A program made the translations under genes and the position numbers. The notes beneath the pieces are model-generated. The model ran no database searches, was not told where the DNA came from, and worked only from the letters and a program-made list of their open reading frames with translations. This document shows positions 13,685 to 23,723 of a stretch of 64,000 bases of DNA, one piece after another; positions within the stretch are counted from its first letter, which is position 1; every line of letters begins with the position of its first letter. This DNA comes from Squalus acanthias (taxonomy: Eukaryota): the NCBI GenBank assembly GCA_030390025.1, contig CM059431.1:127846001-127910000 (forward strand). The letters run 5' to 3'.

Positions 13685-14782
13685 AGCCCAAGCCTGAATG
13701 TCGTCCAGGTCTTGCTTCATGCGGGCATGGACTGCTTCATTATCTGAGGAGTTGCGAATGGAACGGAACATTGTGCAATAATCAACGAACATCCCTATTT
13801 CTGACCTTATGTTGGAGGGAAGGTCATTGATGAAGCAGCTGAAGATGGTTGGACCTAGGACACTGCCCTGAGGAACTGCTGCAGCGATGTCCTGGGGCTG
13901 AGATGATTGGCCTCCAACAACTGCAAACATCTTCCTTTGTGCTCGGTATGACTCCAGCCAGTGAGAGTTTTTCCCCTGCGTCCCATTGACTTCAGTTTCA
14001 AAAGGCTCCTTTATGCCACTGTCGGTAAATTGCTGCCAGTTGATGTCAAGGGCAGTCACTCTCACCTCACTTCTAGAATTCAGCTCTTTTCTCCATGTTT
14101 GGACCAAGGCTGTAATAAGGTCTGGAGTCGAGAAGTCCTGGCAGCACCCAAACTGGGCATCAGTGAGCAGGTTATTGGTGAGTAAGTGCCGCTTGATAGC
14201 ACTGTTGACAAAACCTTAAATGAGAGTTTACTAATGGGGTGGTAATTGGCCTGATTGGATTTGTCCTGCTTCTTGTGGACAGGACATACCTGGGCAGTTT
14301 TCCACATTATCGGGTAGATGCCAGTGTTGTAGCTGTACTGGAGCAACTTGGCTAGAAGCGCGGCTAATTCTGGAGCACAAGTCTTCAGCACGACAGCCGG
14401 AATGCTGTCGGGGCCCATAGCCTTTGCTGTATCCAGTGTGCTCAGCCATTTTTTAATATCAGGTGGAGTGAATTGAATTGGCTGAAGACTGGCTTCTGTG
14501 ATGGTGGGGTCCTCAGGAGGAGGCTGAGATGGATCATTCACTTGGCACAACTGGCTGAAGATGTTTGCAAATGCTTCAATCTTGTCTTTTGCACTTGCAT
14601 GCTGGGCTCTGCCATCATTGAGGATGGGGATATTGATGGAGCCTCCTCCTCCTGTTAGTTGTTTAATTGTCCACCACCATTCACGACTGGATGTGGCAGA
14701 TCTGCAGAGCTGTGATCTGATTTGTTGGTTGTGGGATTGCTTAGCCCTGCTTAGCTGCTTCTGCTGTTTAGCATTCCTGTAG

Positions 14783-14915
14783 TCATAGAAACATAGAAAA
14801 ATAGAAGCTGGAGTAGGCCATTTGGCCCTTCGAGCCTGCTCCGCCATTCAATATGATCATGGCTGATCCTCTATCTCAATACCATATTCCCACTCTCTCC
14901 CCATACCCCTTGATG
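14783..14915 (-). mobile_element. CR1 3'-end fragment
   Basis: catagaaacatagaaaaatag…ggcccttcgagcctgctccgccattcaat matches the CR1 tail at ~45460-45546. Confidence 0.75.
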
Positions 14916-15840
14916 CCTAGTCCTGTGTTGCAGCTTCCCCAGGTTGGCACCTAATTTTACGTATGCCTGGTGCTGTTCCTGGCATGCACTTCTCCACTCC
15001 TCATTGAACCAGGGTTGGTCCCATGGCTTGATATTAACGGTAGAGTGAGAGATATGCCTGGCTATGATTGTGGTGGAATACAATTCTGCTGCTGCTGATG
15101 GCCCACAGCGCCTCATGGATGCCCAGGGTTGAGCTGCTCAATCTGTTCTAAATCTATCCCATTTAGCATGATGATTGTGCCACACAACAGGTTGGAGGGT
15201 GTCCTCAGTGTAAAGACGGGACTTCATCTCCACAAGGACTATGGTCACTACTTCCAATACTGTCATGGACAGATGCATCTGCGACAGGTAAATTGGTGAG
15301 GACGAGGTCAAGTCAGTTTTTCCCCTGTGTTCGTTTTCTGACCAGCTGCTGCAGGCCCAGTCTGGCAGCTATGTTCTTCAGGACTTAGCCAGCTTGGTCA
15401 ATAGTGGTGCTACCGGGCCACTCTTGGTGATGGACATTGAAGTCCCCCACCCAGAGTACATTCTGTGCCCTTGTTATCCTCAGTGCTTTTTCAAAGAGGT
15501 GTTCAACATGGAGGAGCACTGATTCATCAGCTGAGGGAGGGCGGTAGGTGGTAATCAGCAGGAGGTTTCCTTGCCCATGCTTGACCTGAACCATGAGACT
15601 TCATGGGGTCCGGAGTCAATGTTGAAGACTCCTAGGGACACTCCTTCCCGACTGTATAAGACTGTGCCGACACCCCTGGTGGGTCTGTCCTGCCAGTGGG
15701 ATAGGACACACCCAGGGTTGGTGATGGAGGTGTCTGGGGTGTTGGCTGAAATGTGTGATTCTGTGAGTATCATTATGTCAGGATGTTGCTTGACTGGTCT
15801 GTGGGACAGCTCTCCCAATTTTGGCACAAGTCCCCAGAAT

Positions 15841-18252
15841 CTTTTTTTTATTCGTATATGGGATATGGGTGTCGCTGGCAATGCCAGCATTTATTGCCTA
15901 TTCCTAATTGCCCTCGAGAATGTGGTGGTGAGCCGCCTTCTTGAACCGCTGCAGTCCGTGTGGTGAAGGTACTCCCACAGTGCTGTTAGGGAGGGAGTTC
16001 CAGGAATTTGACCCAGCGACGATGAAGGATCGGCGATATACTTCTAAGTCAGGATGGTGTGAGACTTGGAGGGGAACTTGGAGGTGGTGGTGTTCCCATG
16101 TGCCTGCTGCCTTTGTCCTTCTATGTGGTAGAGGTCGCGGGTTTGGGAGGTGCTGCCGAAGAAGCCTTGGCGAGTTGCTGCAGTGCATCTTGTAGATGGT
16201 ACACACTGCAGCCACGATACGCTGGTGGTGGAGGGAGTGAATGTTTAAGGTGGTGGATGGGGTGCCAACCAAGCGGGTTGCTTTGTCCTGGATGGTGTCG
16301 AGCTTCTTGAGTGTTGTTGGAGCTGCACTCATCCAGGCAAGTGGAGAGTATTCCATCACACTCCTTACTTGTGCCTTGTAGATTGTGGAAAGGCTTTGGG
16401 GAGTCAGGAGGTGAGACACTCGCTGCAGAATATCAAGCCTCTGACCTGCTCTTGTTGCCACTGTATTTATGTGGCTGGTCCAGTTAAGCTTCTGGTCAAT
16501 GGTGACCCCCAGGATGTTGACGATGGGGGATTCGGCGATGGTAATGCCGTTGAATGTCAAGGGGCGGTGGTTAGACTCCCGCTTGTTGGAGATAGTCATT
16601 GCCTGGCACTTCTGTGGCGCGAATGTTACCTGCCACTTATTAGCCCAAGCCTGAACGTCATCCAGGTCTTGTTGCATGCGGGCATGGACTTCTTCATATA
16701 TGAGGAGTTGTGAATGGCGCTGAACACTGTGCAGTCATCAGTGAACATTCCCACTTCTGACCTTATGTTGCAGGGAAGGTCATTGATGAAGCAGCTGAAG
16801 ATGGTTGGGCCTAGGACACTGCCCTGAGGAACTCCTGCAGCGATGTCCTGGGGCTGTGATGATTGACCTTCAACCACCACAACCATCTTCCTTTGTGCTA
16901 GGTATGACTCCAGCCAGTGGAGAGTTTTCCCCCTGATTCCCATTGACTTCAGTTTAACTAGGGCTCCTTGATGCCACACTCGGTCAAATGCTGCCTTGAT
17001 GTCAAGGGCAGTCACTCTCACCTCACTTCTGGAATTCAGCTCCTTTGTTCATGTTTGGACCAAGGCTGTAATGAGGTCGGGAGCTGAGTGGTCTTGGCGG
17101 AACCCAAACTGGGCATCTGTGAACAGGTTATTGGTGAGTAAGTGCTGCTTGACAGCACTGTCAATTACACCTTCCATAGACTGATGGGGCAGTAATTGGC
17201 CGGGTTGGATTTGTCCTGCTTTTTGTGAACAGGACATACCTAGGCAGTTTTCCACATTGTCGGATAGATGCCAGTGTTGTAGCTGTACTGGAACAGCTTG
17301 GCTAGAGGCGCGGCTAGTTCTGTAACACAAGTCTTCAGCATGACAGCCGAGATCTTATCGGGGCCCATAGCCTTTGCTTTATCTAGTGCGCTCAGCCGTT
17401 TCTTGATATCACGTGGAGTGAATCGAATTGGCTGAAGACCGGCTTCTGTGATGGTGGGGACCTCAGGAGTAGGCCGATATGTGTCATCTACTTGGCACTT
17501 CTGGCTGAAGATGGTTGCAAACACTTCAGCCTTGTCTTTTACATTCACCTGCTGGGCTCCACCATCTTTGAGGCTGGGGATATTCATGGAGCCTCCTCCT
17601 CCTGTTAGTTGTTTAATAGTCCACCGCCATTCACGACTGGATTTGGCAGGACTGCAGAGCTTTGATCTGATCCATTGATTGTGGGATCGCTTAGCCCTGT
17701 CTATAGCATGCTGCTTCCTGCTTTTTAGCATGCATGTAGTCCTGTGTTGCAGCTTCCCCAGGCTGGCACCTCATTTTTCGGTACGCCTGGTGCTGTTCCT
17801 GGCATGCTCCTTATTGATCCAGGGTTGGCCCCCTGGCTTGATGGTAATGGTAGAGTGAAGGATATGCCGGGCCATGAGGTTACAGATTGTGGTGGAATAC
17901 AATTCTGCTGCTGCTGATGGCCCACAGTGCCTCATGGTTGCCCAGTTTTGTGCTGCTAGATCTGTTCTGAATCTATCCCATTTAGCACGGTGGTACTGCC
18001 ATGCAACACGATGGAGACTGTCCTCAGTGTGAAGATGGGACTTCGTCTCCACAATGACTGTGCAGTGGTCACTGCTACCAATGCTGTCATGGACAGATGC
18101 ATCTGCGACAGGTAGATTGGTGAGGATGAGGTCAAGAAGGTTTTTCCCTTGTGTTGGTTCTCACTACCTGTCGCAGGCCCAGACTGGCAGTTATGTCCTT
18201 CAGGACTCGGCCAGCTCGGTCAGCAGTGGTGCTTCCAAGCCACTCTTGGTGA
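15841..18252 (-). mobile_element. 5'-truncated CR1/Zenon-like LINE
   Basis: ORFs 15904-16677, 16626-17021 (AFDRVWH, QGSVLGP) and 17240-17731; poly-T at ~15842. Confidence 0.9.
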
Positions 18253-18624
18253 AGAGTTAGTGAAGAGGACTTTGCAGGGTCGACTGGGCTGGGTGTGCCG
18301 TTGCCATGTCCGTATCCGGTGCCGAGGTCGATGCCGGGCGGTCCGTCCGTTTTTTTTCTTATTTTTCGTAACGGTTTGGTACAACTGAGTGGCTTGCTGG
18401 GCCATTTCAGAGGGCAGTTAAGAGTCAACCATATTGCTGTGGGTCTGGAATCACATATAAGCCAGGACCAGGTAAGGACGGCAGATTTCCTTCCCTAAAG
18501 GGGATTAGTGAACCAGCTGGGATTTTAGACAATCCGGTAGTTTCATGGTCACCATTGCTGATAATGGCTTCTTTATTCCAGATTTACTTAATTAACTGAA
18601 TTTACATTCCCCAGTTGCCGTGGT

Positions 18625-18708
18625 GGGATTTGAACTCACGTCTCTGGATCAATAGTCCAGGCCTCTGGATTACTAGTACAGTGACTTTACCACTATGCTA
18701 ACGTTCCC
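18625..18708 (-). promoter_or_regulatory. tRNA-derived Pol III internal promoter (A and B boxes) at the LINE 5' end
   Basis: Minus strand reads gggaacgtTAGCATAGTGGT…gaGTTCAAATCCcaccac. Confidence 0.7.
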
Positions 18709-18738
18709 ATTCTCCTCTCCACACCCCCCCACCCCCTC

Positions 18739-20459
18739 TGTAGAATTCGCAATATATCGCGATTTTATTAATAAGGAGAAAAACACATAGTTTCGTTCAA
18801 ACAGCTTTTATTTCAGCAGAATGCTGTCAGGTTTTCAAAGTGGACACAAGCAGCTGTAAAATGGCCGCCGCACCTCGTGGCAGAACATTCTAGACTTTTC
18901 AACAGGCAGACAAGATGGCGTTCCAGTAAACATTTGTGCAAGATCGATTAAGACTCAGCACATTGAAGATAATACACGAGACATCATGGGTTTACAGTAT
19001 ACACATAAATACTGAAATCGGTCTCCCAGGTGCGAATAAGAGCTATTGTACCAAGTAATCAAGAATCCATCCAAAGACATTAATATGTAAAATCCCAACG
19101 ACTCTACGATGAGAGAGCCGTTAGCGGGTAGTTACAGAAAACACTTGGAAGCCCCAAAACCCCTCCGGGGAGAACACCGACCGATTAAACAATGGGAGAA
19201 ATATTAACAGGTACTCAGACATTTACGAGTAGCCCCGAAACCCATTAAAACGAAGATCACCCTATACAAGACATTTGAGCGCCAAACCCTAACAAAAGAA
19301 AAGACATTAAGGTTGGGCGGGAAACGGAAGATTTTGCACTATAATTGCAAGCTCCAAACCGTCCATCTTTCTCTTGACTCTTGACTCTTGACTCTTGACT
19401 CGTATCCTCGTGGCTGCTCTTGACTCGCCGTCTTGTTCCTGCTTGCCTTGTGTCTCTTTTCAAAAAGACTGTTGAATTTTTACGATCCGCTCGAATCTAC
19501 CTCGTGTCGTGTCGCGAAGACCTGTGTAGAACTGGGCTCTGAAGCCTTGAAGCGGGCGCTCCATTCCGATAAGTCGGTAAACGGTGTTGGAACCGAAGGC
19601 CCGAGATGAGATGAGATGAGATGAGATGAGATGAGATGAGATGAGAAGAGAAGAAGACCATACTTATCGCCACGGTCAGTAAGCCCCGACCACGCCTGTA
19701 GGTCGAATAGACATTTTCCTTGCCAGGAAGACTTCTTTGAGTTCTACAGAACTGACACAGGAAGACTCTTCTTCGAATTTTATCGCATCAGTGCGAGGGC
19801 ACAGGAAGACTCTTTTTTTGAGTAGAGTCGGAACTCCGAGGACAACACAGATCTTCATGACAGCAGACGTTCCAGCCTGCTAGCCGGAGCAGAAACGAGT
19901 AAACAAGTGGGGCCAGGAGACCCCCTGATCGACACGTGGGCGCTGCGGTGAAAAACATCCGATCAGAGTTTTCGGAATTCTCCGAGTTATCACGAGTGGT
20001 GAGCATGAGTCTCGAATCCTACGAATCTAGCTTAGGACAGATATTGATAGGGGTGGGTTTCAAGTATTAAGGATAATTGTAATGTGTGCCCCCATTTACG
20101 ATGTGTCGTTCGTTCCTCGTTTCCCCGAAATTAGTTACATAACTGCGTGTAAGATTGTACTGTCATTAATCTGTGCTTATGACATGTATTTCGTAATCTT
20201 AAGTATTATGCAATAAAGATTTTCCATTTCGTACCATTCAACCGAGTCTACCTGAGTTTCATCTCCATTACTGCTCTCGCATCTAAGTCCAGTGTCTAGA
20301 ACCGTAAGGGCGAGTGGGTCGAACCACTCACAGGTGTGTCTAGTGCTCCCAGACTGGCTGGAGACCAGAACAGGCAACAAGGCCTAAACCCGCACTAGCA
20401 CCCGGGCTGAGCACAGAGCCACACGAATCTCACAGGCTGAGAGCCAAAAAACCCTTACA
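18739..20459 (+). repeat. 5' LTR (~1.72 kb)
   Basis: tgtagaattcgc…cccttaca; homologous over its whole length to 30929-32596; AATAAA at ~20212; internal (gagat)n at ~19603-19645. Confidence 0.92.
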
Positions 20460-20463
20460 GAAA

Positions 20464-22271
20464 ATGGCGACCGCGGCAGGACACTGGCAGCGAGAGGGTA
20501 GTGTGTTAGATTTTGGTGTGAATGTACGAAATGTTATGCAGGAAAAGATAGCAGATTATGTGTTCGGATAGGTAAATCTAACTAAGAAATGGATAAGTGA
20601 CCTGTTAGCAGATAAGAGTCCACTAGAGGCAGCCGAGAGGTGGACAGATAGTAAGGAACATAAAAAGACAGTCGAGAAAGCAGTCTGGTTAATGTGTTAC
20701 AAAAGGCAGGTCCAGATTTCAAACCAGGTCATTACAGCGCAAACAGCTCGGATCAGGCATTTAGAGGAGGAAATGGATGAGAAAGTCTCTGGAGGGGAGT
20801 TGCTCATTAGGAATTTAAGTGTGCTGCACCGAGAACGCCAGGAAATCACCAGTCACCACAAAGCAAAAATGGATTACCTCGAGTGCCAAGTCACTGAGGC
20901 AAAGTTAAGTGAGGGCAGACTAAAGGAACGATGTGCCCGCCAAGCTGCCCAAATAAGAGCCCAGGAAGAGAGCTTAACGGGGGTTAGGGCGGCATATAAG
21001 ATGGCCCTTGAGGATAAATTTCAGGGGGCCGATCATAGCGCCTGCCAAAAGAGATAGAGCACCTTAAAAGGGCCGTGAACAAAGCGCACGGCATGGTGTG
21101 CCTTATCAGTCCGTCAGCACACCAGCCGCTAGTAGATGAGGAGTTTCAGAAATTCCCACCAAGTAAAGCAAAGGACGTATTAGCCACTACGCCCTCCGCG
21201 CCACCCAGCTATTCGGAAACCTGGGTAAGGGAGGAAGTAGTAGAAGAAACAAAAGAGCCCACTGAGGGAGAAGTGGAAAAGGGACCGTTGTGTCCAGTTA
21301 CGGGTATAAAAAGGGGCCCAAACAGAAACGGTGGGGAGGAACCAGGGGATCTCCTCAACCAGCTTGTGTTGCCTCACAGCTCACACCAGCTGAGAGATAT
21401 GATAAATCACGTACGGAAGCTGACCGAGTCAGACGACCCTTCCGTACATTTCAGAGAAGTTGAGCAAACCGCAGCCATTAACGGCTGCGATGATGGGGAA
21501 ACAGCAAAAATGCTGTTATTTTCGTTAGGCAGTTCAATCCTTCAGTGTCTCTCGGACGAGAGCAAGAGGGGAACCAAGACATATGAGGCATTAAAAAATG
21601 AAGTCCTAGAAGTGTTGGGGACGGACGATGAAGGTCCGTTTGCTAGAGTGGGACAGACAGTGCAGATGGAGGGAGAACCCCCGAAGGTTTTTGCCGACAG
21701 GCTGTGGCCAGTATATCAACGCAGCTGTCCAGGTGCGCCAGAGCGCGATGATGTGGACGGCGTCGGTTTAACTCATTGGCTCAGGTGTATAGTAGCCAAC
21801 AGTTTGCCAGCCGTCAGAGAGCAGGCAAAAGCGTGGTTTGATCCCACTGACCCCAACATTACGGAAGAGTCGGTCTTAAATCGACTCACGGTAGGATACC
21901 GCAATATAAGGGGTATGGGAACACGTCCCCTTAAGGGAAAAGTACATGAGGTACGACCCGCAGCCCCGGCTCAAAAGGAGTGGCATCAGGAGGGTAACCG
22001 CGCCCCGCATGCAAGTAATGCTTGTTACGGGTGTGGGAGGACAGGACACTGGCGCAAGAACTGCAGGAACCCTTGGAAGGATTCCAGGGATAAAAATCCC
22101 GCAGCCCGAGCCCAGATGCCTGTCTCGGTTAGGGAAGCTAGTGCACCCACCCCTCCCGACGACCTCGAAACAGTGTTGGGAGCCATGCGCAACTTCATGA
22201 GTGCACATGGAAAGGTGGCGGTTGCTACCGGCCCCGCAGGTGCCACAGCCCCGTCCAATAGTACCCAATGA
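20464..22271 (+). pseudogene. gag: gag (~600 aa; in-frame TAG at 20569, 1-nt frameshift at ~21050)
   Basis: ATG 20464 is in frame with ORF 20692-21057; N-terminal coiled coil, PSAPPSY, MHR-like QMEGEPPKVFADRL, zinc knuckle CYGCGRTGHWRKNC (22023-22064). Confidence 0.88.
20465..20482 (+). promoter_or_regulatory. Primer-binding site, tRNA-Arg(UCG)
   Basis: TGGCGACCGCGGCAGGAC is complementary to the 3' end of vertebrate tRNA-Arg-TCG (…GTCCTGCCGCGGTCG-CCA, recalled sequence); it lies 5 nt after the LTR. Confidence 0.85.
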
Positions 22272-23417
22272 CTAGAGCCCACGCAGCCTGCCTACCTGTG
22301 TCCTTTTAAAAGACACGCACAGGAGGGCGTCTCCTGTGAGGAGGCCAGGTTAAAAGAGCAGGCCTTGCGGGAGGAGAACGCCCACTTAATAGGGAAAATA
22401 GATGGGCTAGAAGAGCAGCTTAGAGAGCAGGCCCTGCGGGAGGAGAACGCCCGCTTAATGGGAAAGTTAGACGTGCTCAGGCTAGAAGGGCAGCTTAGAG
22501 AAATAAAAGCAGCCTACCAGGTAGCCAGAAGCAGGGATTTAAATCAGTGCAAACTGTACAAGCCAGGTGCACAAGGGAAAACCACAGGGGCAAACCCTGC
22601 GAGTGGGGACTCGCAGCCCCAGGTAGGACCACAAGGCACACAGGCAGGCAAAGCAGCCTGCATCAGGGAAGGAGGCATCCTGGAAAATTGTGAAACATTT
22701 TTGTGGGGTTGGCAGTCAGATGAGGGAGAGTTCCAGGAACTCGAGTCAGATGAGGATAGTGATGAGGACGAGTGGGAATCGGGGAACGCAAGGGTCGCCC
22801 CCGATTCAGGTATAGGGAGGACAGGGGCTGCAGATAGAGATCCACACAGGGTGGACACCCAGGCTGCAGGTCCCGAACACAGGAGGGAGGAGCTAGGGGA
22901 GGCGGAGCCAGCCACTGTGGGACCACAGGGCGGGACGGCGGAAACCTCAGAGCCCGAGCCGCCCGCCTTGAACGTCCTGCCCTCGGGGGAGGTAGGGACT
23001 GCGAGTGAAGGGCCGCCTGCTGGGCCGAGCAGGGCGGTGCCACAAGCTGCAGGTCCCGAGGTCAGGGAGGCGGAGTCAGGGGAGGCGGAGCCAGCGACTG
23101 TGGTGGGACCACAGGTCGTCCCGGTGGAAGTCTCGGAACCCGGTCCGTCGGTCCTGGGATTCCTGCCCCCGACAACTCCTCGTAGGTCAAGTAGAGCACC
23201 CCAGCCCAGGAAGATGTGGTCATGGCCCCAGACTGCCCCAAGGCGTAGACTCAAGGTTAAGGCAGCCCAGGTAGGGCCCGGTCCCATCGCAGCAGCAACA
23301 GGCTGCGGCAGATCAAAGGAAGGGGTCAGTGCAGCCACAGGCTGCGGCAGATCAAAGGAAGGGGTCAGTGCCCTCCCAACGTCGGGAAGAGCTCGCAGCA
23401 GCCTTCTCAGAATTTAA
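22272..23417 (+). CDS. ORF2: uninterrupted ~381-codon frame after the gag TGA-CTAG; coiled-coil, acidic and Pro/Glu-rich; no pol motifs
   Basis: Same frame as gag with no stop between 22272 and 23414; internal repeats EQALREENA x2, QAAGPE…GEAEPATV x2, AATGCGRSKEGVS x2. Confidence 0.65.
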   Translation, partial: LEPTQPAYLCPFKRHAQEGVSCEEARLKEQALREENAHLIGKIDGLEEQLREQALREENARLMGKLDVLRLEGQLREIKAAYQVARSRDLNQCKLYKPGAQGKTTGANPASGDSQPQVGPQGTQAGKAACIREGGILENCETFLWGWQSDEGEFQELESDEDSDEDEWESGNARVAPDSGIGRTGAADRDPHRVDTQAAGPEHRREELGEAEPATVGPQGGTAETSEPEPPALNVLPSGEVGTASEGPPAGPSRAVPQAAGPEVREAESGEAEPATVVGPQVVPVEVSEPGPSVLGFLPPTTPRRSSRAPQPRKMWSWPQTAPRRRLKVKAAQVGPGPIAAATGCGRSKEGVSAATGCGRSKEGVSALPTSGRARSSLLRI

Positions 23418-23723
23418 AGGGGCCGCCCTGGGAACGGGCGGCGCTGTACAGTAATAAGTTTAAGTTTAGGATAAGTTTCTAGGTTTATAGCTTAAGGTTA
23501 AGAATAAGTTTATAGTTTTAAATAAGGTTAAGTTTGTAGTTTAATTTTAACAGAAAATGGTAAAATGATGGGAGCTTTAGAGATAGGTCTAGTTAAAGTT
23601 TATTCAGTGAACATTGAAGTTTACGTGAGGCGAGGTCAGGGGACCCGCTCACCCTTCACAAAAGCCAGAGACTCTTGCGAGGCTGGCTACCTCATTCTAT
23701 CTGATCACAGGAACCAAGGAAGG

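Larger units (their letters stand above)
9918..18708 (-). mobile_element. Full-length CR1/Zenon-like LINE (pieces 9918-10712, 13685-15838, 18253-18708) with tRNA-derived 5' head; hosts two same-family insertions
   Basis: APE (WVGDFNVHH) and RT (QGSVLGP) peptides; poly-A end at ~9918; sequence resumes across both insertions (gccacttgtca|gcccaagcc and gtccccaga|gttagtgaagaggac). Confidence 0.8.

Noticed and set aside
19603..19645. (GAGAT)n and other short repeats as a CRISPR-like array
   Set aside because: Simple microsatellites with no spacers, in eukaryotic DNA.
20569..20577. AG|GTAAAT as the env splice donor
   Set aside because: Joining it to the 23711 acceptor puts the gag ATG out of frame with env; it coincides with what is more simply a nonsense mutation.
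22544..23338. 264-aa antisense ORF opposite ORF2
   Set aside because: Likely a shadow of a GC-rich repetitive sense ORF; no motifs and no supporting signals.
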